From Methylotenera sp. (GTDB lineage Bacteria > Pseudomonadota > Gammaproteobacteria > Burkholderiales > Methylophilaceae): DNA of 64,000 bases. Where the stretch lies: NCBI GenBank assembly GCA_014378845.1, contig JACMNB010000022.1, positions 16,300 through 80,299 on the forward strand, written 5' to 3'. Made by a program: the position numbers and the translations under genes. This document shows positions 56,361-64,000 of the stretch, one piece after another (the first letter of the stretch is position 1; each line of letters begins with the position of its first letter). The notes below the pieces were generated by a model, which saw only the letters and a list, made by a program, of their open reading frames with translations, was not told where the DNA came from and made no database searches.

Positions 56361-58067
56361 CTACGCAAAAATACGCGACGTCAGGTCAATCACGCGCATC
56401 ACTTCTTCAATGCTGGTATAGCCTTCTAAAATGCGGCGCACGCCGTCATCGGCCAAGGTGTTAAAACCCTTTTCTAGCGCCACTTTGCGTAGCTCGTCAA
56501 AATGTGCACGCCGCGCAATGAGTGAATCCATATCAGAATCAATGCGCAGTAGTTCCATAATCGCCATGCGACCGCGGTAACCGGTTTGATTGCAACGTTT
56601 ACAGCCCTTGTGTTTAAATATTTGAATCGCCTCGTTGACTTTAACGCCCAAAATTTTGCGTTGGTCATCACTGGGCTTAACCGATTCTTTACAATGCGGA
56701 CATAGTACGCGCACCAAGCGCTGCGCCACCACGCCAATAATATTACCCGCCATAATGTCTGGCGAAATGCCAATATCTAACAGCCTAGGAAAAGCCCCTA
56801 AAGCCGAGTTGGTGTGAAGCGTAGTAAACACCTGATGCCCTGTCATGGCGGCTCTAAAGGCCATGGTAGCGGTATCCGCATCGCGCACTTCGCCTACCAA
56901 AATAATGTCAGGGTCTTGACGCATAATCGAGCGGATACCGTTAGCAAAATCCACCTTGTTCACCTCGGCCACCGAGGTTTGACGCATTTGAGAAACTGGA
57001 TATTCGACTGGATCTTCCAAGGTCATTATATTTACGGCCTCGGTATTTTGGTGAGATAACAATGAATACAGCGTAGTGGTTTTGCCGCTGCCCGTTGGGC
57101 CAGTGACAATTAAAATGCCTTCTGGCCGCGTCATCATCAATTGCAATTGCTCTAGCGTGCTGGTGCGAAGCCCCATGCGCTCTAGCGGAATAATCGAACG
57201 CTCACGATCGAGCACCCGCAATACAATGTTTTCACCATGAATCGTTGGGTGCGCAGAAACCCTAAAATCAATCGGGCGGCCGCATAAGTTCATGTTTAAT
57301 CGGCCGTCTTGCGGCGCCCGGGTTTCGGCAATATCCATTCCGCTGATGACTTTTAACCGCACCGCAATGCCTGGCCAATAGCTTTTGTGCAGGCTACGCA
57401 CTTGTTGTAGCACGCCGTCTATTCTGTATCTAATGCGCAAAAAAGCAAATTCTGGCTCAAAGTGAATATCTGATGCACCGCGTTTTACCGCGTCCATCAA
57501 TAACGCACCCACCAGTCGCACTACAGGCTGCGTGTATTCATCACCATCCGCGGTTAAGCTTTGATAATCAATTTCGCCCGTTTCAATCTCGCGTAAAATA
57601 CCATCGACAGAAAGCTCATAACCATAAAATTGGTCGATATGTTCTTCTAATTGCGCCTCGCCAGCCAACACCGGTTTTAGCTGAATTTGCCCGCCCAGCA
57701 TAGCGCGTAGCTGATCTAGCGCCACCACGTTAAACATATCGGCCATGGCCACAACCATGGTTTTAGTGGCGTCTTCGTAAGCTACTGGCAGTAGGTGAAA
57801 GCGCCGCGAAAAGTCTTCTGACACCATATTGAGTGCGTCAACATCGGCCACCACAGTGCTTAAATCAATACTTTCTTGACCAATCGTGTGCGCAACCAAA
57901 TCGCGCACCATATTTTCAGACACAAAACCTAGGCGCACCAGTTGGCGGCCAAGCGGAATATTGTTTTGCTCTTGCTCAATAATGGCGATGCGCAGCTGAT
58001 CTGGGGTGATTAAACCCTGCTGTATCATTAAATCGCCTAAGCGTAATTTGCGTCTAAGCTCGGTCAT
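56361..58067 (-). CDS. GspE/PilB/MshE-family assembly ATPase with N-terminal MshEN-type (c-di-GMP-binding) motifs
   Basis: 568 aa with Walker A GPTGSGKTTT, LEDPVEY, Walker B ILVGEVRD, tetracysteine CPHC...CKRC, and N-terminal RLGDLMIQQGLITPDQLRIAIIEQ + 5 aa + PLGRQLVRLGFVSENMVRDLVAHT. Confidence 0.93.
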   Translation of the reverse strand: MTELRRKLRLGDLMIQQGLITPDQLRIAIIEQEQNNIPLGRQLVRLGFVSENMVRDLVAHTIGQESIDLSTVVADVDALNMVSEDFSRRFHLLPVAYEDATKTMVVAMADMFNVVALDQLRAMLGGQIQLKPVLAGEAQLEEHIDQFYGYELSVDGILREIETGEIDYQSLTADGDEYTQPVVRLVGALLMDAVKRGASDIHFEPEFAFLRIRYRIDGVLQQVRSLHKSYWPGIAVRLKVISGMDIAETRAPQDGRLNMNLCGRPIDFRVSAHPTIHGENIVLRVLDRERSIIPLERMGLRTSTLEQLQLMMTRPEGILIVTGPTGSGKTTTLYSLLSHQNTEAVNIMTLEDPVEYPVSQMRQTSVAEVNKVDFANGIRSIMRQDPDIILVGEVRDADTATMAFRAAMTGHQVFTTLHTNSALGAFPRLLDIGISPDIMAGNIIGVVAQRLVRVLCPHCKESVKPSDDQRKILGVKVNEAIQIFKHKGCKRCNQTGYRGRMAIMELLRIDSDMDSLIARRAHFDELRKVALEKGFNTLADDGVRRILEGYTSIEEVMRVIDLTSRIFA

Positions 58068-58115
58068 TTGCTAGATTCTGTCATTGTTAAATTTTGTCAT
58101 TTATATTGTTATTAT

Positions 58116-59609
58116 TTACTGTATCGCGACAATGCGCGCTTCCAAAGCCGCTTTATCAATGTTGTTTGAACCCGTCTGCAAAAGTGTTAACGCACGCTGA
58201 TAATACGGCAGCGCTAATTTTGACTTACCCATTTGGTCTAAACTAACCGCTAAATTAAATGCGTTATCAGCACTTGCATGATAACGATAAGCATCAAAAT
58301 AAGCTTGTTGCGCGGCTGGCCACTGATTTTGCTCGGCATATAAATTGCCCAGCGCCGCATGCAAATTAGCGTCATCTGGCTGCTTGGCCAGCATGCTTTT
58401 AATGTGGCTCTCATTGTTTTGCTCATTGCCTTGCGCTTGGTTATCAATTAATGCCGCGCGCGCAATATTGTTGCGCGGCTCAACCTCTAGCACTTTGCCA
58501 TACCAACCGTTTGCATCCTCCGCGCGGCCTTGTCGCTGTGCAATAGCGCCCAAGCCCAATAATGCATCCACACTATGCACATCGCGCTGCAAAACTTGCT
58601 TATACAGCTTTTGCGCTTGGCTATCTTTGCCCTCAATATAGGCTTGGTATGCGCTCATTAAAATTGGGTTAACGCCCGCTTCACCTTGTGATTTGGTAAC
58701 GCTAATCGACGCACTTTCAGAGGCAATCATTTTGCCAAGTTTGCTTGTTTTTGCTTGGCCAGTTTTTGCTTTGCCAACTTTTTTGCTGATGATGATGGGC
58801 GCGTCAGCCGCATTCACTTCAGCGTTACTTTCAGCATCAATTGTGTTGTCTGCATCCACCATCGTTTCATCATCCGTTAGCTCGGGTGAAGAGGCAAATT
58901 GTTTGGTAGTTCTTTTTTGTGGAGTAATGCGCGCTTTTATTAGCTGTGTTTCGGCTAATTGTTTTTGCGTTAATCTTCTTGGCTCAAACGCAGTCGTTTC
59001 TACAGGCGTTGCTTCAAAAGCTTTTGCAGATGCTATAGTTGGCTCTGCTAATGGATTATCGGCAATAGGCGCAAGCCCTGCTTGAGTTGGCGCGGCGACA
59101 ATATGGGTGGCTGAAACTGCTGGCTGCAAAGTTGGCTGTGGAACTGGCGCCATCGCAACGCTCGCACGCGCTGGCATCGCCATCTCTGGCGCCTTATCGA
59201 TAAACTGAACAAAATATGCGCCCATACCCAACAAAGCGAATAATGCCAAACCTGCAATAACCGCCAAATTTTTATTGCCATTGCTAGGCGTTGCACCTTT
59301 TGCGTTAAAAACGTTGGCTGCATTTTTGGGTGAGGCGCTTAATGCTGCACCACTTTTCACCACACCCGCATCCGCCAGCAACGCGTCAACAAGACTTGTA
59401 TCATTGATTAGTTTGCTGGCAGGTGCGAGCGAAAGCACCATATCACCTGCATTTTCAATAGCAATAGATGGTTTATTTTTAGCGCTTGTTCGCTCAAATT
59501 TGACAGCTTGTGCAGAAGCCTCAGCTTTTGCATGTTGCGCTTGTTCAGCTTTGACGTTTTGCGCTTGTGCTTCTTCAGCTTTATGCAACGCTTTAATCAG
59601 CAGACTCAT
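58116..59609 (-). CDS. TPR-repeat membrane protein, MshN/GspB-like
   Basis: 497 aa: N-terminus MSLLIKALHKAEEAQ (GspB/MshN-type start), a central TM (LAVIAGLALFALLGMGAYFV), a low-complexity linker and C-terminal TPR repeats. Confidence 0.65.
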   Translation of the reverse strand: MSLLIKALHKAEEAQAQNVKAEQAQHAKAEASAQAVKFERTSAKNKPSIAIENAGDMVLSLAPASKLINDTSLVDALLADAGVVKSGAALSASPKNAANVFNAKGATPSNGNKNLAVIAGLALFALLGMGAYFVQFIDKAPEMAMPARASVAMAPVPQPTLQPAVSATHIVAAPTQAGLAPIADNPLAEPTIASAKAFEATPVETTAFEPRRLTQKQLAETQLIKARITPQKRTTKQFASSPELTDDETMVDADNTIDAESNAEVNAADAPIIISKKVGKAKTGQAKTSKLGKMIASESASISVTKSQGEAGVNPILMSAYQAYIEGKDSQAQKLYKQVLQRDVHSVDALLGLGAIAQRQGRAEDANGWYGKVLEVEPRNNIARAALIDNQAQGNEQNNESHIKSMLAKQPDDANLHAALGNLYAEQNQWPAAQQAYFDAYRYHASADNAFNLAVSLDQMGKSKLALPYYQRALTLLQTGSNNIDKAALEARIVAIQ

Positions 59610-59662
59610 GATTCATATGACTTAACAATTTATTTGACTAGGCAATTAATTCGACTGGGCAA

Positions 59663-61633
59663 TTAATTGGCTTCTTCAAGCACATTTTGCAACTGCTGCT
59701 CGGGCAAATATTGCTTGTAAGATAGCAATTCGTCACTCTCCAGGCTGGCGTTAGTAATCACGGTTGGGCGTAAAAAAATCACCAGTTCGGTTTTTTGCGT
59801 AGCGTCATTTTTACCTTTAAATGCCTTACCAATAACTGGAATATTGGATATGCCAGGCACAGCATCGGTGTTGCGTATGACTTCATCTTGCATTAAACCG
59901 CCCAAAACAGCCGTATTACCGCTGGCCACTTGTAAAATAGATTCCATCTCACGTACTTGAATTTGTGGGATTTGACTTGGTATATTGACCAACTGCGGGT
60001 TTGGGTCTTGCACAAAACTTAAGACTCTTGAAATCGTCGGCCTCACATCCACATTCACGTTGCCAGAGTCGCCAATTTGCGGCGTCACGCTCATCACCAC
60101 GCCAACTGGCACGGTATTTGGCGTGGTTGTAATGGATTGCAGATTTTGTGCGCCATTACTATTAGACTGTGATATTTGCGCCTGTACTGTAAAGTAAACC
60201 AAATTATCCACCACTTTTAGTATGGCTGTTTGGTTGTTTAACACCATTAATTTGGGGCTAGATAGCACTTTCGTATCGCCAAATTGTTGCAGCAAAGTAA
60301 CCGATGCTGCAATATTGCCAACAGCACTTGCTGGGTTTAAATAACCCGCAAATAGGCCTGCAGTGGAAGCAATACCTAATGCATTTGTTCCGCCTTTAGT
60401 AATGGCGCCGGTGTTTGGGTTAAAATTAAAACCTTTAGAGCCAAGCGTTTGACCAAACACAAACCCAGCGCCGCCTTGTCTGCCAAGCCTGCTCCAATCA
60501 ATGCCTGCCTGAAAGCTGTCATTTAAGCGTACTTCAACAATTGTTGCTTCAATCAACACTTGCTTGCGCGCACTGCCCATTACTTTATCAATAAACTCTT
60601 GTACTTTTTCATGTTGCTTATTGGTGGCGCGCACGCTAATCACGCCTGTTTCGGCGTTGGCAATGACGTTGGCTGCTTGTAAAGTTTTGTATTCTGTCTT
60701 AGCTAATTCGCGGTCTTCTTTTGCAAGTCTTACTTCGTCCGCATCCGAAGTGTTAATGACTGTTCCATTTGATTTGCTGGATTTGCCATTAGTACGGCCG
60801 CTATTGTTTAACGCCTCACCAAAGCGCGACACAATCACTTCTTTATCAGTTTCTGCCAATAACTCTTTAATATTTCTTATCAACGATTCCCACAAGTGAT
60901 TGGACGATGTGCTGTCAACCGAGGTGCGCGAGCTGTTATTCGCGCCATTGCCTGAGCTATTACTAACGGTTCCGCCGTTGCCCGAACTTTGCGATGCGCT
61001 TGAAATCTGGCCATCTGCGCCTATAAAGCCTTTGGTGTCGCGATTCATGTTAACGTAATCTACTTTATACAACCGTAGCACTGGCGAATCTGGCGCTATA
61101 AACAGTGTATTGCCTTGCATTTTATAAGTTAAATCGACTTGTCTTGCCAAGCGCTCTAAAATCGCGGGCAAGGTTTGATCAACCGCATTTAAAGTAGCGC
61201 GGCCTTGTATGCTGGGGTGAATGTCGATATTGAGCTTACTTTCGCGCGCGAGGGCAAACAAGATTTCTTTAACTGGCACTTCGTTTACCACTACGCTGTA
61301 GGTTTGCGCTTTTTTAGTGGCTTTTGGCACAGGCAATTGTGGGCTGGTTCTAGCCAGTTTAGGAATTGGCGCGCTGGCATTTGCGGCGGCGTTGGCGTTG
61401 GCGTTGTCAGCTTGCGTTCGCGCGCTTGGTTTGCCATCAATATGGCCATTAGAAGGCTGGATTTTTGTTTGATGCGCACAGGCATTTAACAACAATGCGG
61501 CCAGCACAGTAACATTGAATTTAACAATAGGGGCAATGCTTGGCTTTAGGCTAGGTTTAACACTCGATTCCAGCCGACCAAATTTAAAGTGATTGTTTAG
61601 CACGCCGTGCCCGCTCCCAAAATTTTTATGCAT
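59663..61633 (-). CDS. secretin (MshL/PilQ/GspD family), probable lipoprotein
   Basis: 656 aa. Lipobox LLLNAC. Secretin C-domain (VLSSPKLMVLNNQTAILKVV..., IPVIGKAFKGKNDATQKTELVIFLRPTVI). The long N-terminal leader suggests the start is uncertain. Confidence 0.9.
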   Translation of the reverse strand: MHKNFGSGHGVLNNHFKFGRLESSVKPSLKPSIAPIVKFNVTVLAALLLNACAHQTKIQPSNGHIDGKPSARTQADNANANAAANASAPIPKLARTSPQLPVPKATKKAQTYSVVVNEVPVKEILFALARESKLNIDIHPSIQGRATLNAVDQTLPAILERLARQVDLTYKMQGNTLFIAPDSPVLRLYKVDYVNMNRDTKGFIGADGQISSASQSSGNGGTVSNSSGNGANNSSRTSVDSTSSNHLWESLIRNIKELLAETDKEVIVSRFGEALNNSGRTNGKSSKSNGTVINTSDADEVRLAKEDRELAKTEYKTLQAANVIANAETGVISVRATNKQHEKVQEFIDKVMGSARKQVLIEATIVEVRLNDSFQAGIDWSRLGRQGGAGFVFGQTLGSKGFNFNPNTGAITKGGTNALGIASTAGLFAGYLNPASAVGNIAASVTLLQQFGDTKVLSSPKLMVLNNQTAILKVVDNLVYFTVQAQISQSNSNGAQNLQSITTTPNTVPVGVVMSVTPQIGDSGNVNVDVRPTISRVLSFVQDPNPQLVNIPSQIPQIQVREMESILQVASGNTAVLGGLMQDEVIRNTDAVPGISNIPVIGKAFKGKNDATQKTELVIFLRPTVITNASLESDELLSYKQYLPEQQLQNVLEEAN

Positions 61634-61730
61634 AAGATTGTATTAGTGTTATCGCATAATCTGCTTTCAAATGCAATACTAACTACTTGAAAAGCTTGTA
61701 AATTTATAATTTTGCTGTATTTTTTAAGTT

Positions 61731-63263
61731 TTATTTGGTTTCTTGTAACACACCTGCAATGGTGCGTAAATGTGGGCGATTTTTTTGAATTTGGGCAGGT
61801 AATTTTTGCAAAGCTTGTGTTCCTTCGATTCGGTTCGCATAATTCCCATAGAGCACGGTTAAAAAAGGCAGATTATTCACTTTAGTGCGGTAAACATAAA
61901 TATTGTCCAGCTCAATTTCTCGGCTAAGCCGTTCAATTTCCAATTCAATTTGGGCTTCACTTGCTGCGCCCAGTAATTGAATACTCACCGTTGTTGTTGG
62001 CTGGCTTAGAAGCCACGCTGAAGTAGCGTTTAAACGCTGCGCTAAAATCAAAGGTAATGTGTTTTCGATTGCTTTATTTGCTTCAGTTGTAAGCCCATTT
62101 GCGCTTGTCATTGGCGTTATAGTAACCGGCATTGCATCAACAGTTGCTGGCAGCGCAATAGCTGGGCTTTCCACTAGATTTGCCTGATTCACTGCTGGCC
62201 CTTCTTGCAAGGGCGGCAAATCGGCAACTTCTGCCACGGGCGTGCCTGCTATTGCCGGTAAATCAGATTCTACTGCTTCTACTGCCGCCGCAAATTGCGC
62301 TTGCGGCGCTGCTTGCTTAAAAATTGTTTGCGGCTTAACCAGCGCATGAAAAAAATCGATACGATTAGCCGCCAAGCCAATACCTAAGCCAATTAATGGC
62401 AAAGCGGCAATCCACCACCAACGTGATTTTTTTAACGAGACTTTTACTTGCTCTTGCCCAAATTCACTATCTAAAATGGCGGCTTTTACATGTTTTGGCG
62501 TCACCAAATATTGATTATCGGCGTATGCGGCAAGCAATGATTTATCGGCCAAAATATTCACGCGGCGCACTAAACCTAAGGCTGAATCGGCGATTTTAGC
62601 AATCGCTGCATTATTAAATAAATGTGGCCCAAAATAACCCGCGGCGCGCAGCCTAAAAATCAGATACTCGCCGATTTCTTGCTGTTTTAATGGGCTTAAA
62701 TTAAAGCTGTGGGTAATACGCTCGCGCAGTTGGCGAATGTTGGTTTGATTCAGATTGTCATCTAACTCGGGCTGGCCAAACAGCACAATTTGCAGCAATT
62801 TATCGTGTTTGGTTTCTAAGTTAGAAAGCAGGCGAATTTCTTCTAGCGTCGCCAGCGGCATACCTTGCGCTTCTTCTACAAAAATCACCACTTGCTTGCC
62901 CGCCGCATGCCGCGCCAACAAATGCGCTTGCAGCACCTGCATCACTTTTAAGCGATCGGCATTTTTAGGTAATTTTAATTGCAGTTCAAACGCAATGGCA
63001 TGCAGTATGTCTTCTGGCGCCACGCTTGGGTTGGCTAGATAAATACTCTCTATTTTGTCTGGCAACATGGTCTGCAACATGCGGCATAGCATGGTTTTGC
63101 CGCTACCGACTTCGCCCACCACTTTAATAATGCCTTCGCCGCTGTTAATGGCGTAAATTAACGCTTGCAGCACCGCGCCGCGATTGCCGCCCGTGTAAAA
63201 AACCTCGGTATTGGGCGTGATTTTAAAGGGCGGTTCTTTTAACCCAAAATGCGAGTAATACAT
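61731..63263 (-). CDS. ExeA/GspA/MshM-like AAA ATPase fused to a TM helix and a SPOR-like periplasmic domain
   Basis: 510 aa: MYYSHFGLKEPPF, P-loop GEVGSGKTMLCR, VIFVEEAQ, TM WWWIAALPLIGLGIGLAA, and a C-terminal beta-alpha-beta-like domain (VSIQLLGAASEAQ...YVYRTKVNNLPFLTVLYGNYANRIEGTQAL). Confidence 0.85.
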   Translation of the reverse strand: MYYSHFGLKEPPFKITPNTEVFYTGGNRGAVLQALIYAINSGEGIIKVVGEVGSGKTMLCRMLQTMLPDKIESIYLANPSVAPEDILHAIAFELQLKLPKNADRLKVMQVLQAHLLARHAAGKQVVIFVEEAQGMPLATLEEIRLLSNLETKHDKLLQIVLFGQPELDDNLNQTNIRQLRERITHSFNLSPLKQQEIGEYLIFRLRAAGYFGPHLFNNAAIAKIADSALGLVRRVNILADKSLLAAYADNQYLVTPKHVKAAILDSEFGQEQVKVSLKKSRWWWIAALPLIGLGIGLAANRIDFFHALVKPQTIFKQAAPQAQFAAAVEAVESDLPAIAGTPVAEVADLPPLQEGPAVNQANLVESPAIALPATVDAMPVTITPMTSANGLTTEANKAIENTLPLILAQRLNATSAWLLSQPTTTVSIQLLGAASEAQIELEIERLSREIELDNIYVYRTKVNNLPFLTVLYGNYANRIEGTQALQKLPAQIQKNRPHLRTIAGVLQETK

Positions 63264-63288
63264 AAACTTATGCGCGGTACATTGCGTT

Positions 63289-64000
63289 TTATTTAGCTTC
63301 TTCTTGCAGCTGAATGCGCGAATAAAGTGTTGTTCGGTTAATGCCCAGCATTTTTGCAGCTTGGCTTAAATTACCGTGCGTGATGCGCATGGCGGCATCG
63401 ACATAAGCTTTTTCCCACGATTTTAAGACTTGGTCTAGGCTTACATTGGCCTCGTTTTGCAAATGTTGTAACGCATAGCTAGATAAATCACCATTATTGC
63501 TAATCGCGCCGCCGCCATCAGTTTCGTTTTGGCGAGATAAATCCAGCTCGGCAGATAGCTGAATCTCGTTAACAGTTTGGCCAGCATATTTGGCTATTAA
63601 CCGAATGATAATATTGCGTAGCTCGCGCACATTGCCAGGAAAGTGATAGCTTAACCAACGCGATTTTGCGCGCTCGTCCAATTTAAAAGCTTGCTGGGCA
63701 GTTTCTCGTGCATAAAACGTGTTGAAATGCTCAAGCAGAGTCAGGCTGTCTTCGGCTAAATCACGCAGCGGCGGAACCTTGACCGCAAAAACCCCTAGGC
63801 GGTGATACAAATCAGAGCGGAAATTACCGGCGCGCACTTCGGCACGTAAATCGCGATTGGTTGCCGCCACCACCCGCGCGCGGCTTTTCCGAACCATCGT
63901 TTCGCCCACACGCGTGTATTCGCCATTTTCTAGTACGCGTAGCAATTTGGCTTGCATTTCAAGCGGCAATTCGCCAATCTCGTCTAAAAAAAGTGTACCT
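63289..64000 (-). CDS. sigma-54-dependent transcriptional activator (PilR/PrsR-like), partial; N-terminus beyond the window end
   Basis: The frame stays open upstream of the track ORF to the window edge (GTLFLDEIGELPLEMQAKLLRVLE...). Contains RVVAATNRDL, GNVRELRN and a C-terminal HTH (GNLSQAAKMLGINRTTLYSRI). Confidence 0.9.
   Translation of the reverse strand, partial: GTLFLDEIGELPLEMQAKLLRVLENGEYTRVGETMVRKSRARVVAATNRDLRAEVRAGNFRSDLYHRLGVFAVKVPPLRDLAEDSLTLLEHFNTFYARETAQQAFKLDERAKSRWLSYHFPGNVRELRNIIIRLIAKYAGQTVNEIQLSAELDLSRQNETDGGGAISNNGDLSSYALQHLQNEANVSLDQVLKSWEKAYVDAAMRITHGNLSQAAKMLGINRTTLYSRIQLQEEAK

Noticed and set aside
49713-63263. Interpretation as a classical Gsp type II secretion system
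   Set aside because: It lacks the GspG-H-I-J-K pseudopilin set and a recognisable GspC. It has ExeA-like, TPR and lipoprotein secretin components plus MshEN-type ATPase motifs, which fit MSHA-like type IV filament systems better.

Overview
The window looks like chromosomal DNA from an AT-leaning proteobacterium. Gene content suggests a betaproteobacterium, possibly a methylotroph-like lineage, but that is a guess. About 65 genes are tightly packed. I recognised no rRNA, CRISPR array, IS/transposase, prophage or classical defence genes.

The main blocks are:
- **1-13.6 kb, housekeeping:** SAH riboswitch-ahcY, metK, dapF-DUF484-xerC, sodB, dgkA, yggX, rpiA, ilvA, and zapB-like/zapA followed by 6S RNA.
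- **13.7-20.1 kb, vitamin B12 salvage:** cobalamin riboswitch, btuB, a BtuM-like membrane protein, and cobU/C/S/T.
- **21.2-35.9 kb, tRNA-Phe then nitrate assimilation:** candidate sigma-54 promoters, nasT with an ANTAR-type leader and terminator, nrtABD, a porin, nirB, narK, a PP2C/Ser-Thr kinase fusion, nirD and nasA.
- **36-49.7 kb:** a rhodanese-tusA-dsrE-like sulfur-relay trio, valS, a PEP-CTERM protein, a LemA pair, two photolyase-family genes, NfeD/SPFH and moeB.
- **49.7-64 kb, the most unusual region:** a co-directional minus-strand cluster for an MSHA/T2SS-like type IV filament machine. It contains a sigma-54 activator, an ExeA-like ATPase, a secretin, a TPR protein, a GspE ATPase with MshEN-type motifs, GspF, three architecture-only assembly proteins and two atypical pilin-like proteins. 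Its gene order is non-canonical and no prepilin peptidase is present.

Several distinct REP/MITE-like palindromic repeat families sit in intergenic regions. One may have contributed an in-frame insertion in nasA. All functional calls come from my own reading of the translated ORFs and motifs; no searches were run.
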